Shown here: positions 33,552-43,692 of the stretch, one piece after another
How positions within the stretch are numbered: position 1 is the first letter of the stretch
How the letters are laid out: each line of letters begins with the position of its first letter
Assembly: GCA_963805945.1 (NCBI GenBank)
Contig: CAWDVP010000006.1
Coordinates: 256,001-320,000, forward strand
Direction: 5' to 3'
Source: Vulcanimicrobiota bacterium
GTDB taxonomy: Bacteria; Vulcanimicrobiota; Vulcanimicrobiia; Eremiobacterales; Eremiobacteraceae
Length of the DNA: 64,000 nt
The notes under the pieces: model-generated
The model's input: the letters and a program-made list of their open reading frames with translations, nothing else
Database searches by the model: none
What the model was told of the DNA's origin: nothing
Program-made: the position numbers and the translations under genes

Positions 33552-34730
33552 CTAGTCAAGCATTCGCACCACGAAGCACTTGAGATACGCCGTTTCGGGG
33601 GCCGCCATCGAGATCGGGTGATCGGGCGGCTGGCCGCGATCTTCCAGCAGTTGCAGTTCACGTCGCGCGTCGCGCGCCGCATCGCGCAACATATCGGCGA
33701 ACAGCTCGCGCGTCACCGGTCGAGAGCACGAGCAGGTGACGAGAACGCCGCCCGGCTCCAGCATCGTGAGGGCGCGCAGATTGATCTCCTTGTAGCCGCG
33801 CAACGCGCCCGGCAGCGCGCTCTTGCCGCGCGCGAACGAGGGCGGATCGAGGATGATCAGTTCGAACTTCTGCTCGCGATCGCTCGCGCTACGCAGCCAA
33901 TCGAAGCAGTTCGCGACGATCACCGGCGCGTCGGGGAACCCGTTGAGCGCGAGGTTGCGCCGCGCGAGCTCGCACGCCTCGTCCGAGATGTCGACGCTCG
34001 TGACGGCGCTCGCGCCCGCAAGCGCGGCGTGGACGCTGAAGCCGCCTGTGTAGGCGAAGCAATTGAGCACGCGCCGGCCTCGCGCGTACGCCGCTGCCGC
34101 TTCGCGGTTGAGGCGCTGATCCAAGAACAGGCCGGTCTTCTGCCCGTGCGACACATCGACCAGCAAGCGCGCCGCGCCCTCACGTATTTCGATGAGCTCC
34201 GGCGGCGCCGCACCAGCGACCACGCCGGTGTGCGGTTCGAGACCTTCCAGTTTGCGTTCCGGCATGTCGCTGCGCTCGTAGATGCCGAGCGGTGCGACGA
34301 GCGTTTCGAGCGCACTCACGATATGCTGCTTGGCGCGTTCGACGCCGAGCGTCGAGAGCTGCATCGCCAGCCAGCCGGCGTACGAATCGACGATGAGCCC
34401 CGGCAGGCCGTCACCCTCGGCGTTGATGAGGCGCCGTCCGGCAGCCACGTCGAGCGGCCCACGGGCGCCGACGGCGGCGGCGATGCGCCGCTGCCAGAAG
34501 GCAGCGTCGATCGGCTCGTCGTGCCAGGAGATGACGCGCAGGCGTATCTTCGATGCGCGGTTGAGGTAGGCGATCGCGAAGAAGCGCCCGCGGTGATCGA
34601 GGACGCGGACAGCTTCGCCATCGACGGCGCCTGCGGGCAGCGAGTCGACCTCGCCCTCGAACAGCCACGGGTGGCGCAAGCGTTCCGGGCGCCGCGCTTT
34701 GATGCGGGCGGCCTCGGGTGCCGCGATCAA
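33552..34730 (-). CDS. RlmI-family class I SAM-dependent rRNA methyltransferase
   Basis: HPWLF PUA domain, [40 protein letters not shown]. Confidence 0.92.
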   Translation of the reverse strand: MIAAPEAARIKARRPERLRHPWLFEGEVDSLPAGAVDGEAVRVLDHRGRFFAIAYLNRASKIRLRVISWHDEPIDAAFWQRRIAAAVGARGPLDVAAGRRLINAEGDGLPGLIVDSYAGWLAMQLSTLGVERAKQHIVSALETLVAPLGIYERSDMPERKLEGLEPHTGVVAGAAPPELIEIREGAARLLVDVSHGQKTGLFLDQRLNREAAAAYARGRRVLNCFAYTGGFSVHAALAGASAVTSVDISDEACELARRNLALNGFPDAPVIVANCFDWLRSASDREQKFELIILDPPSFARGKSALPGALRGYKEINLRALTMLEPGGVLVTCSCSRPVTRELFADMLRDAARDARRELQLLEDRGQPPDHPISMAAPETAYLKCFVVRMLD

Positions 34731-37342
34731 ACCTTCTCCTTCGAAGCCTTCTTGCGCATGACGACCTCGCCGTTCTTGCTGTCCACCACCACCGTATCGC
34801 CCGGCACGAAGTCGCCGCTGAGCGCTTTGAGCGCGAGCGGATCGACGACTTCCTTCTGCAGCGCGCGCTTGAGCGGCCGTGCGCCGTACACGGGATCGTA
34901 GCCGCGGCCGGCGATGAACTCCTTGGCGGCGTCGGTGAGCTCCAGGCTGATGCCGCGCTCCGCCAGGCGCTTGCGCAGCGTGCCGAGCTGGATCTCGACG
35001 ATCTGCTTGATGTCCGCCAGCGAAAGATTGCGGAAGATGATGATCTCGTCGATGCGGTTGAGGAACTCGGGCCGGAAGTGCGCGGTGACGACCTCCATGA
35101 CCTCCGTGCGCATCTTCTCCGGATTGCCGGCATTCTCGGCGATCGCCGCCGAGCCCAGATTGCTCGTCATGATGATGACGGTGTTCTTGAAGTCGACGAG
35201 GCGGCCTTGACCGTCGGTGAGCCGGCCGTCGTCGAGGATCTGTAGCAGCACGTTAAAGACGTCGGGGTGGGCCTTCTCGATCTCGTCGAACAGGATCACG
35301 CAGTACGGCCGCCGCCGCACCGCCTCGGTGAGCTGGCCGCCCTCGTCATAGCCGACATAGCCGGGCGGCGCGCCGATCAGCCGCGCGACGGTGTGCTTCT
35401 CCATGTATTCCGACATGTCGATGCGGATCATCGAATGCTCATCGTCGAACAAGAACTCGGCGAGCGCGCGCGCCAGCTCCGTCTTGCCGACGCCGGTGGG
35501 ACCGAGGAACAAGAACGAGCCGAGCGGCCGGTTGGGATCTTGCAGACCCGCCCGAGCGCGCCGCACCGCTGCGGCGACCGCCTTCACCGCGTTCTCCTGG
35601 CCGACCACCCGGACGTGCAGCCGCTCCTCCATCTGAAGAAGCTTCTGCACCTCGCCCTCGACGAGCTTCTCGACCGGGATGCCGGTCCATTTGGCGACGA
35701 CCTCGGCGATGTCGTGCTCGTCCACTTCTTCTTTGAAGAGCTTGGGGCCGGCGGACGGTTTTTCAAACCGCTCCTCGATCGCCTGCGCCTTCTTCTGCAG
35801 TTCCGGCAGATCTTTGTACTTGAGCCGCGAGATCTCTTCGAGGTCGACGTTCGGATCGTAGCCCTGCTCGGCTCGCTCGATGCGCGTCTTCATCGCCTCG
35901 ATCTTCTCTTTGATGCCGCTCACCTCGCCGACGGCGTTCTTCTCCGATTCCCATAGTTTCTTGAGGCGGGTCGTCTCCGCGTCGAGCTCCGCGATCTCTT
36001 TCTCGATGTCGGTGAGCCGCTTGCGCGAGCCGGCGTCTGACTCTTTCTTGAGCGCCTCGCGCTCGATCTTGAGCATGTTGTTGCGGCGCTCGACCTCGTC
36101 GAGCTCCACAGGCCGCGAATCCATCTCCATGCGGATCTTCGACGCGGCTTCGTCGACGAGATCGATGGCCTTGTCGGGCAGGAAGCGGTCCGTGATGTAG
36201 CGCTTCGAGAGGACGGCGGCCGCCACGAGCGCTGAGTCCTTGATGCGGACGTGGTGGTGCGCCTCGTAACGCTCGCGTAGGCCGCGCAGGATCGAGATGG
36301 TGTCCTCCACCGTCGGCTCGCCCACCATGACCGGCTGGAAGCGCCGCTCGAGCGCGGCGTCCTTCTCGATGTACTTGCGGTACTCGTTGAGCGTCGTCGC
36401 TCCGATGCAGTGGAGCTCGCCGCGCGCGAGCATCGGCTTGAGCAGGTTCGAAGCGTCCATCGAGCCTTCGGCCGCGCCCGCGCCGACGACGGTGTGCAGC
36501 TCGTCGATGAACAGGATGATCTCGCCCTGGCTGCTCGTGATCTCTTTGAGCACGGCCTTGAGGCGGTCTTCGAACTCGCCGCGGTACTTCGCGCCGGCGA
36601 TGAGCGCGCCGAGGTCGAGCGAGATGATGCGCTTGTTCTTCAGACCCTCCGGCACGTCGCCGCGCACGATGCGGTGGGCCAGGCCCTCCACGATCGCCGT
36701 CTTGCCGACGCCGGGCTCGCCGATGAGCACCGGGTTGTTCTTGGTGCGCCGCGAGAGCACTTGGATGACGCGGCGGATCTCCTCGTCGCGACCGATGACC
36801 GGATCGATCTTGTTCTGCCGTGCGAGCGCGGTGAGATCGCGGCCGTAGCGCTCGAGCGCCTGGTACTTGCCCTCCGGATCTTGGTCGGTGATACGCTGGC
36901 TGCCCCGTACCGGTGCAAGGCCGGCGAGGATCTTATCGGGCGTCGCGCCGGCTTTGACCAGCAGTTCCTTGGCCTCAGATCTGCCGGGCGCGTCCGCGAT
37001 CGCGATCAGGAGGTGTTCGGTCGAGACGTACTCGTCTTTGAACTTCTCGGCCGCCTCGCCGGCTCGGCTTATGAGCGCCGTCATCTCGCGGCCGAAGCGC
37101 GGCTCTGCGCCGCCGTACACCTTGGCGCGGGCATCGAGCCTCGCGACCGCCTGCTTCTCGAGCTGGCCGACGTCTATGCCCAGCTGGCGCAGCACGATCG
37201 CCGGGGTGCCCTCAGGGTCGCTCAGCAGTGCGACGAGCAGGTGTTCGGCGTCGACCTCAGCCGCGTGGCGCTCCGCTGCGATGCGTTGCGCCTCGACGAG
37301 CGCCTCCTGCGCTTTGCGCGTGAGCTTGTCGAAGTTCGTCAT
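34727..37342 (-). CDS. clpB: ATP-dependent chaperone ClpB
   Basis: Two AAA+ modules ([16 protein letters not shown]), long middle coiled coil, GARPLKR. Confidence 0.97.
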   Translation of the reverse strand: MTNFDKLTRKAQEALVEAQRIAAERHAAEVDAEHLLVALLSDPEGTPAIVLRQLGIDVGQLEKQAVARLDARAKVYGGAEPRFGREMTALISRAGEAAEKFKDEYVSTEHLLIAIADAPGRSEAKELLVKAGATPDKILAGLAPVRGSQRITDQDPEGKYQALERYGRDLTALARQNKIDPVIGRDEEIRRVIQVLSRRTKNNPVLIGEPGVGKTAIVEGLAHRIVRGDVPEGLKNKRIISLDLGALIAGAKYRGEFEDRLKAVLKEITSSQGEIILFIDELHTVVGAGAAEGSMDASNLLKPMLARGELHCIGATTLNEYRKYIEKDAALERRFQPVMVGEPTVEDTISILRGLRERYEAHHHVRIKDSALVAAAVLSKRYITDRFLPDKAIDLVDEAASKIRMEMDSRPVELDEVERRNNMLKIEREALKKESDAGSRKRLTDIEKEIAELDAETTRLKKLWESEKNAVGEVSGIKEKIEAMKTRIERAEQGYDPNVDLEEISRLKYKDLPELQKKAQAIEERFEKPSAGPKLFKEEVDEHDIAEVVAKWTGIPVEKLVEGEVQKLLQMEERLHVRVVGQENAVKAVAAAVRRARAGLQDPNRPLGSFLFLGPTGVGKTELARALAEFLFDDEHSMIRIDMSEYMEKHTVARLIGAPPGYVGYDEGGQLTEAVRRRPYCVILFDEIEKAHPDVFNVLLQILDDGRLTDGQGRLVDFKNTVIIMTSNLGSAAIAENAGNPEKMRTEVMEVVTAHFRPEFLNRIDEIIIFRNLSLADIKQIVEIQLGTLRKRLAERGISLELTDAAKEFIAGRGYDPVYGARPLKRALQKEVVDPLALKALSGDFVPGDTVVVDSKNGEVVMRKKASKEKV

Positions 37343-37357
37343 CGGCCGCCTCTCACG

Positions 37358-37394
37358 TCATCCACAGTGTCCACAGTTTCAAAAGTTCTCCACA
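37358..37394. promoter_or_regulatory. Three co-oriented DnaA-box-like 9-mers upstream of clpB
   Basis: TCATCCACA (37358), GTGTCCACA (37367), TTCTCCACA (37386), each followed by G; consensus TTATCCACA. Confidence 0.45.
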
Positions 37395-37507
37395 GGCTAG
37401 TTTGGTCGATGTCCGGCCGGACCCTTGTCGCGCGCAGTCGCACGCGTGATTGCATTGCCGTCATGCCGGCTCTGCGGTAGAATCACGCTAGTCTCGTTCC
37501 TCAAAGG

Positions 37508-39058
37508 ATGAACGCCATGCCGCATTTCCGTACGTGCGGGCTGCGCGTTGCACCGCTTCTCATCCTCGTCTGCTGCGCTCCGTCATACGGCGCGGCCCTT
37601 CCGAGCGCGCCTCGGCAACCGGTCCCCTCGGTCTTGGCGCGCTTCGCCGGCTTCGAAGGCCGGATCACCTATGCCGGCCATCGCATCGATATCGTCTCCG
37701 CGCCGGAAGTGACCGGCACCGCCATTGTCTCGCGCAACGGCTTTGTCATCGAAGAACGCGGTCCGCGCTACGCTTTGCGCGCCGATGCGAGCGGCGTCGT
37801 CGTGCGTTCGGGCGCGACGGCTGCGCGCGCGGCGGATCCGCTCGACGCGGACGCGTTCGTCTATCCGTGGGCCATCGCGCTCGCCGCGCTCGCGAGCGGC
37901 GATCTTCGCGCCGGCGGGCATGCGGCGTGGCGCACGCCGATGGGCATGACCGTGTATACCGACGCCAGCGGCGCAGAGATCGAAGGTTTCGTCGGGCAAG
38001 CCGGCGCGCGGCTCTCCTTCACATTCGCCGGCTGGAGCGACGTCGCGGGTCTGCCGTTCCCGACGCGCGTCTTGCGCCTGCGCGACGGCGTGAGCGATGC
38101 GGCTTTTCAGATCGACCGCCTCTATGTCGCACGCGCGCCGGGGCCGGGAGACCGGCCGGTCGACGGTGCGCCGGTGGCGGCTGTGACCACCGGTCGAGTG
38201 AATTCGACCGCTCCAGCCATCATGGAAATGCGGCCGGCGCCGCCGTTTCCGTCGCGGCTCGTGCTCACATTCTTCGGCTTGATGCTGCTGGCGGTGGCGA
38301 TGGTCGCGTGGCTGCGGCGCGACGCGTTCACCTCGCGTCTGTGTGCGCGCGCGTCGCCCGACGCGCGAGGATGGCGGACGTCGTCGGCGGCTGCGTATGT
38401 CACGCCCGACGGTATCGTCCGGATCGAGGGCAACGACTACCACGTCGGACCTGAGTTCTTCGCGCGCGCGGTCGAAGTGAGCTTCTCCGCGCTCTTCTTG
38501 CGGGTGTCGGCGCCCGGCCTGTCACGTGCGGTCGTCCTGCCGCGGCGCCTGCCGCGCATCGGCACGCCGCCGCGCCGTCGCCGCGCCGCGTCGGCGGGCT
38601 TCAGCCTCGTCGAGTCGCTCGTCGCCGTGGGCTTCTTGTCCGTCGTGATCGTCGGCGCGATCTATCCGGCGCTCGTCGCGGTTGCGCACGCGGATCTCGT
38701 CGCCGGCCAAAAGCGTGCCGCGATCGCGGCCGCTGCCAACGCCCTCACGGACGAGGAGATGGCGTGCGCCTACGGCACGAGCGCGCCGACCGGCGTCACC
38801 ACCACCACGGTCGACGGCATGACGGTGACGGTCAGCGTCACAAGCTCATCCGTGGCCGGCGCGCGCGATATCCGCGTCACGGTCGCGAATGCGTCGGGCC
38901 GGACGCTCGCGGCGCTGGCCACCACCGTGGGTCCGCCGGTGCCGCCGCCCGGTTCGAGCGGCGCGGCGACGCCTCCACCTACGGCCGCGCCGACCGCGGC
39001 GCCGACGACCGCACCCGGACCTTCGGCGACCCCACCGTCTTCGTTCGGCGGCCGCTGA
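37508..39058 (+). CDS. Membrane protein with an internal prepilin-type N-methylation motif
   Basis: Signal-like N-terminus, TM segment, then RRRRAASAG|FSLVESLVAV and a pilin-like C-terminus with Pro/Thr tail. Confidence 0.75.
   Translation: MNAMPHFRTCGLRVAPLLILVCCAPSYGAALPSAPRQPVPSVLARFAGFEGRITYAGHRIDIVSAPEVTGTAIVSRNGFVIEERGPRYALRADASGVVVRSGATAARAADPLDADAFVYPWAIALAALASGDLRAGGHAAWRTPMGMTVYTDASGAEIEGFVGQAGARLSFTFAGWSDVAGLPFPTRVLRLRDGVSDAAFQIDRLYVARAPGPGDRPVDGAPVAAVTTGRVNSTAPAIMEMRPAPPFPSRLVLTFFGLMLLAVAMVAWLRRDAFTSRLCARASPDARGWRTSSAAAYVTPDGIVRIEGNDYHVGPEFFARAVEVSFSALFLRVSAPGLSRAVVLPRRLPRIGTPPRRRRAASAGFSLVESLVAVGFLSVVIVGAIYPALVAVAHADLVAGQKRAAIAAAANALTDEEMACAYGTSAPTGVTTTTVDGMTVTVSVTSSSVAGARDIRVTVANASGRTLAALATTVGPPVPPPGSSGAATPPPTAAPTAAPTTAPGPSATPPSSFGGR
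38191..38215 (-). repeat. REP-like palindrome, family B, intragenic
   Basis: CGGTCGAGTGAATTCGACCGCTCCA; encodes GRVNSTAP. Confidence 0.85.
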
Positions 39059-39741
39059 TGCGCCGGCGCCGAGGCATGGCCCTCATCACCGCGCTGCTCG
39101 TCGCCACGCTGGTGCTCGCGGTCCTTGCGTTCGTCGTCACCGTCGGCACGTCGCAGTTGCGGCGCGCCACCGAAGAGCTGTGGGAACTGCAGGCGCAAGC
39201 CGGCGCCGACGGAGCGGTGGGGTGGACGCGCGCGCTCATCGCGAATCGCCAGGGCGACATCGTCGCGGCGCTCGGCGACATGGCTGCGGCGAAGAGCACG
39301 TACGTGCTGACCATCGACGAGAACACGGAGGTGGATGCGTCGGTCACCTTCCATCTCGCGAACGTGGGAGCGGCGAACGATCACGTCGACGTCTTCTTGC
39401 AGCAGGACCCGTCGGTGGCCGAGACGCCGCTTCAGGTGAGCGTCACCGCGACGGTCGTCGTGGGCGGCAATGCGGTGGCGAGCCGCAGCACGACGGCACT
39501 GGTCCGCGTGTTCCGGCAGGCCGCTCCCTATTCGGAGATCACCGGCTTCATCGATAACTCGGGGCCGGTGGGTATCGATAGTCCCGGTGATCCCGCCGGT
39601 CAGGCCGGCAGCGCGACGGCGACCGAACTGCGTATCCACGTGTTCAAGACGGACGCCTCCGGCAACCCGATCGCAAACGATACGTTCGGCGATCAGACCT
39701 GGTCGGACGGCAACTCCGCGCCCTCCGGCGCGCTTCCATGA
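39058..39741 (+). CDS. PilX/GspK-like minor pilin
   Basis: MRRRRG|MALITALLV (no Glu5), QAQAGADGAVGW; TGATG coupling. Confidence 0.8.
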   Translation: MRRRRGMALITALLVATLVLAVLAFVVTVGTSQLRRATEELWELQAQAGADGAVGWTRALIANRQGDIVAALGDMAAAKSTYVLTIDENTEVDASVTFHLANVGAANDHVDVFLQQDPSVAETPLQVSVTATVVVGGNAVASRSTTALVRVFRQAAPYSEITGFIDNSGPVGIDSPGDPAGQAGSATATELRIHVFKTDASGNPIANDTFGDQTWSDGNSAPSGALP

Positions 39742-40277
39742 GATCCCGTATGGAGCGGTCGAATCTATTCGACCGCGGGATGACGCTGATCGAGTTGCTC
39801 ATCGTCGTCGCCATCCTCGCGATCGCGTGCGCGCTCATCTTCCTCTCGCCCGTGCGCGCGTATCTGCACGCTCGCGCCGCAGCCGACGCAGCGCAGACTT
39901 TTGCGCAGGACGTGGCGCTGCTGGAACGCGTGGCGCAGAACGGCGGCGCCAACGACGGCGCCACGCTGCAGATCGTCTCGACCAGTCCGCTCGTCTACGA
40001 ATGCTACTACGGGCGCCCGAACGCGATCGATCCGAACTCCGCGCTCGGCGCGTTGATCGTCCGCCGTAGCTACGATGACGTGACGCTGTCCGGCGGACCC
40101 ATCGACGCCACCACGCCGTTGCTGTTCGCGAGCAACGGAAGCGCGCAGTACGTCGCGGCCGGAGTCTGGGCGGACCAGCATCAGACGATCGAGATGACGC
40201 TCGCGCCGTCCGGAGACGAAGAACGCTCTTCCGCCATCGACCTGGACCTTTTCACCGGCGGGGTCTCACTGCGGTAG
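39738..40277 (+). CDS. Prepilin-type N-terminal cleavage/methylation protein (FimT/GspH-like)
   Basis: RG|MTLIELLIVVAILAI; ATGA overlap. Confidence 0.88.
   Translation: MRSRMERSNLFDRGMTLIELLIVVAILAIACALIFLSPVRAYLHARAAADAAQTFAQDVALLERVAQNGGANDGATLQIVSTSPLVYECYYGRPNAIDPNSALGALIVRRSYDDVTLSGGPIDATTPLLFASNGSAQYVAAGVWADQHQTIEMTLAPSGDEERSSAIDLDLFTGGVSLR
39751..39775 (+). repeat. REP-like palindrome, family B, encoding the prepilin leader
   Basis: TGGAGCGGTCGAATCTATTCGACCG; encodes MERSNLFDR. Confidence 0.85.
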
Positions 40278-40289
40278 CGCGACGACCTT

Positions 40290-43200
40290 CTAGCGGAAAT
40301 CACGCGTGGTCAACCCGTCCGTGAGGCGATCCAGGTCGAGCTTCCAGAAACGGCGAGCCAGCACGTTGATGTGGCCCTCATCCTTCTGGATGACGCCCTC
40401 CACGATGACCGCCGGCTCGTCGCGCGCGATCGGACGGTACTTCTGATAGATGTCCGGCCGGATGATCACGTTGACGAGCCCGGTCTCGTCCTCGAGCGTG
40501 GCGAAGACGAAACCTTTGGCGGTGCCCGGACGCTGACGCGTCGTGACCAGGCCTGCGACTTTCATGACCAGGCGATTGGGAAGACGCTCGAGGTCGGCGG
40601 CGCTGTAGATGCGCCGCGCGGTGAGCTGCTCGCGATAGAACTGCATCGCGTGGTAGGTGGGCGACAGGCCTAAGCCCCACAGGTCCGCACCGGCTTCTTC
40701 CACTTGATGCATGCGCGGCAGCGCCACCGGCGGTTCGTCGAGCGTCATGCCCCGTTCGAGCGCGCCGACGCGGGGCAAGATCGCGAGCCGCTGCACCTCC
40801 CACAGCGCCTGCCGGCGCGACAGCCCGAAGCACGCGAACGCGTCCACCGCGGCCAGCGACTCCAAGATCTCTTTGGAGAGCTGTGTCCTCAAGACGAAGT
40901 CGCGCAGATCCATGTACGGCCCCTTCTCTCGCTCAGCATTCAACATCGCTTTGTGCTTTTCGCCGATACCGCGCACTTGACTGAGCCCGATACGAATGGC
41001 ATAGCCGCGCGTCTCGAGCGGAAGCACGCGGCTCTGCGAAGCCGGGGCCTCTGAGGAGGCGAGAGCCGACGAAGGAGCCGCGGAGTCAAAATCTCCCTTA
41101 GCTCCGCGAGCGTGCCCCGGCGGCAGAGCCGCGTGCGCGCTCGCGACGGGCAGCCTCTCCGACGTGCATTCGTAGCGCGAGACGTTGACGTCCGGCGCCA
41201 GCACGGTGACCTTATGCCGGCGCGCATCCGCGATCAAAGATTCAGGCGAATAGAACCCCATCGGCTGCGCGTTGAGCAGCGACGCGTAGAACTCCGGCGC
41301 GTAACGCAGCTTGAGATATCCGGAGATGTAGACGATGAGCGCGAACGACGCGGCGTGCGATTCGGGGAAACCGAAGTCGGCGAACGCGCTGAGCATCTGG
41401 AAGAGCCGCTCGGCGACCTCGCGTGTGATGCCGTTGCGCGCCATGCCTTCGAGCAAGCGCGCGTGCAGGCGCTCCATCTTCTCGCGCGAGCGCTTGTGCC
41501 CCATCGCGCGGCGCAGCTCGTCCGCCTGGCCGGCCGTGAAGCCCGCGGTCTCGACGGCCATGCGCATGCCTTGTTCCTGGAAGAGCGGCACGCCCAAGGT
41601 GCGCTCGAGCACCGGCTTGAGCTTCGGATGCGGATAGGTCACCGGCTCGAGGCCTTTGCGCCGGCGGATGTAGGGATGCACCATATCGCCCTGGATGGGG
41701 CCGGGCCGGATGATCGCCACCTCGACGACGATGTCGTAGAAGCAGCGCGGCCGCAGGCGCGGCAGCGTCGCCATCTGCGCGCGCGACTCCACTTGGAACA
41801 GCCCGACCGTGTCCGCGGCGCACAGCATGTCGTAGACGCCCGGATCGTCGCACGCGCGCAGGTCCGCCAGATCGAGCGTCTCTCCGCGCACGCGCGCGAT
41901 CTCCTTGATCGCGAGCTCGATGGCGTCGAGCATCCCGAGCCCGAGCAGGTCGATCTTGATGAGCCCGAGCGCGGCGCAATCATCCTTATCCCAGCACAGG
42001 ATGGTGCGGTCGGGCATAGCCGCTTTCTCCAGCGGCGCCACTTCGATGAGCGGCGAGCGCGTGATCACCATGCCGCCGACGTGCTGGCTCAGGTGGCGCG
42101 GGAAGCTGTCGATGCGGCGGCACAGCTCGTAGAGCCGCTCCGCGGTGTCGCCGGCCAGATCCACGTGCAGCGCCGGCGGCAGCGCGGCGACCGCGCCCGC
42201 CACCTCAGCCGCCGACAGCGCCGGCGGCTCGCCGTGCGCGTCCAAGGACGGCAGGTGGGATGCGTTCCCCGAGCTTCGCTCGGGCACCACAGGCTCAGGC
42301 ACCACAGACCCGCGCGCGACGTCCGAGAGAGCGCGCGCCGCGCTGTAGCCGTCGAGCGACTTCGCGAGCGCGTCCACCTGATCGAGCGAGAGACCGATCG
42401 CCTTGCCGATATCGCGCACCGCGGAGCGCGCGCGGTAGCTGATGACCTCCGCGACCATCGCGCTATGCTCGCGGCCATAACGTTGATAGACGTATTGGAT
42501 GATCTGCTCGCGCTTCTCGCCCGAGGGGCAATCGAGGTCGATGTCGGGCAGTTCGGCGCGCTCTTCCGACAAGAAGCGCTCGAAGAGCAGCTTCAAGCCG
42601 ACCGGGTCCACGCTCGTGATGTTGAGCGCGTAGCAGACGGCCGAGTTGGCGGCCGACCCGCGGCCTTGCACGAAGATACCGCGCTCCATCGCGAAACGCA
42701 CGATATCCCAGACGATGAGGAAGTAACCGGCCAGATCTAGCTTCTCGATCACCGCGAGCTCATGCGCGATTTGCTTGCTCACCTCGGGCGTCACCGGACG
42801 GTAGCGCCGCCGCACGCCTTCTTGCACGAGCGCGTAGAGATACGAAAAGGCGGTCTCACCGCTCGGCAGCGGAAAATCGGGAAACTCGTTGCGTAGGCGC
42901 TCCAAGCGGAACGAACAGCGCTGCGCGATGGCGGCGCTGGCCGCGATCGCGCGCGGATGCTCGGGGAAGAGCCGCAGCATCGCCTGCGCCGAGCGCAAGG
43001 CGTATTCGCCGTTGGGCCGCAGCCGCGCGCCCGCGTCGTCAAGCGTGGTCTTGAGCCGGATGCAGGCGAGCACGTCGGCGAGCTCGCGGTGCTCCGGCAG
43101 CGCGTAGTGCACGCCGCCGGTGGCGACCAGTCCGAGCTCGAGGTTCTGCGCCACCGCCGCGAGCGCGCGGATGCGCGGGCCGTCGTCGGGCAGCAGATGC

Positions 43201-43691
43201 CGCTGCAGCTCGATCCAGAAATTGCCCCAGCCGAAGATGTCGCGGAACGCGGCGGCGCGTTCGCATGCGCCGCGGACGTCATCGCGCGCGAGCGCCTGCG
43301 GGACCGCGCCATGCTCGCAGCCGGACAGCGCGATGAGCCCCTTGGCGTAGCGCGAGAGGTTGTAGTAGGACGTGCGCGGCGCGCCGCGTTCGTTGTCGAG
43401 ATGGGCGCGGCTGAGCAGCCGCGAGAGATTGCCGTACCCCTCCTTCGTCTCGGCGAGCACGACGAGATGGCTGTCGTCCTCGAGCGTCAGCTCGGCGCCG
43501 ATGACGGCGGGCAGCTGCGCTTCACGCGCGGCTTGGGCGAAGCGCACGGCGCCGTAGAGGCCGTCGCGATCGGTGATCGCGCAGCCGGCCAGGCCGAGCT
43601 GCGCTGCGCGCTCGACCAGCTCTTCGGGGTGCGAGCCGCCCTCGAGCAGGGTGAAATTGGAATGACAGTGGAGCTCGGCGTACGGCAGCAT
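40290..43691 (-). CDS. dnaE2: Error-prone DNA polymerase DnaE2 (ImuC)
   Basis: YAELHCHSNF PHP domain, QGRGSAANS, PDIDLD, HLSQHVGG, GFPESH, RQRPGTAKG, C-terminal RDFR. Confidence 0.97.
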   Translation of the reverse strand: MLPYAELHCHSNFTLLEGGSHPEELVERAAQLGLAGCAITDRDGLYGAVRFAQAAREAQLPAVIGAELTLEDDSHLVVLAETKEGYGNLSRLLSRAHLDNERGAPRTSYYNLSRYAKGLIALSGCEHGAVPQALARDDVRGACERAAAFRDIFGWGNFWIELQRHLLPDDGPRIRALAAVAQNLELGLVATGGVHYALPEHRELADVLACIRLKTTLDDAGARLRPNGEYALRSAQAMLRLFPEHPRAIAASAAIAQRCSFRLERLRNEFPDFPLPSGETAFSYLYALVQEGVRRRYRPVTPEVSKQIAHELAVIEKLDLAGYFLIVWDIVRFAMERGIFVQGRGSAANSAVCYALNITSVDPVGLKLLFERFLSEERAELPDIDLDCPSGEKREQIIQYVYQRYGREHSAMVAEVISYRARSAVRDIGKAIGLSLDQVDALAKSLDGYSAARALSDVARGSVVPEPVVPERSSGNASHLPSLDAHGEPPALSAAEVAGAVAALPPALHVDLAGDTAERLYELCRRIDSFPRHLSQHVGGMVITRSPLIEVAPLEKAAMPDRTILCWDKDDCAALGLIKIDLLGLGMLDAIELAIKEIARVRGETLDLADLRACDDPGVYDMLCAADTVGLFQVESRAQMATLPRLRPRCFYDIVVEVAIIRPGPIQGDMVHPYIRRRKGLEPVTYPHPKLKPVLERTLGVPLFQEQGMRMAVETAGFTAGQADELRRAMGHKRSREKMERLHARLLEGMARNGITREVAERLFQMLSAFADFGFPESHAASFALIVYISGYLKLRYAPEFYASLLNAQPMGFYSPESLIADARRHKVTVLAPDVNVSRYECTSERLPVASAHAALPPGHARGAKGDFDSAAPSSALASSEAPASQSRVLPLETRGYAIRIGLSQVRGIGEKHKAMLNAEREKGPYMDLRDFVLRTQLSKEILESLAAVDAFACFGLSRRQALWEVQRLAILPRVGALERGMTLDEPPVALPRMHQVEEAGADLWGLGLSPTYHAMQFYREQLTARRIYSAADLERLPNRLVMKVAGLVTTRQRPGTAKGFVFATLEDETGLVNVIIRPDIYQKYRPIARDEPAVIVEGVIQKDEGHINVLARRFWKLDLDRLTDGLTTRDFR
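42268..42306 (-). repeat. REP-like palindrome, family A, plus a partial duplicate, inside dnaE2
   Basis: CCCGAGCTTCGCTCGGGCACCACA followed by CTCAGGCACCACA; encodes VVPEPVVPERSSG. Confidence 0.85.
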
Positions 43692-43692
43692 G

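Noticed and set aside
37343..37507. Replication origin at the DnaA-box-like cluster
   Set aside because: Only three imperfect boxes in 165 bp, no extended AT-rich unwinding element, and no dnaA/dnaN context.
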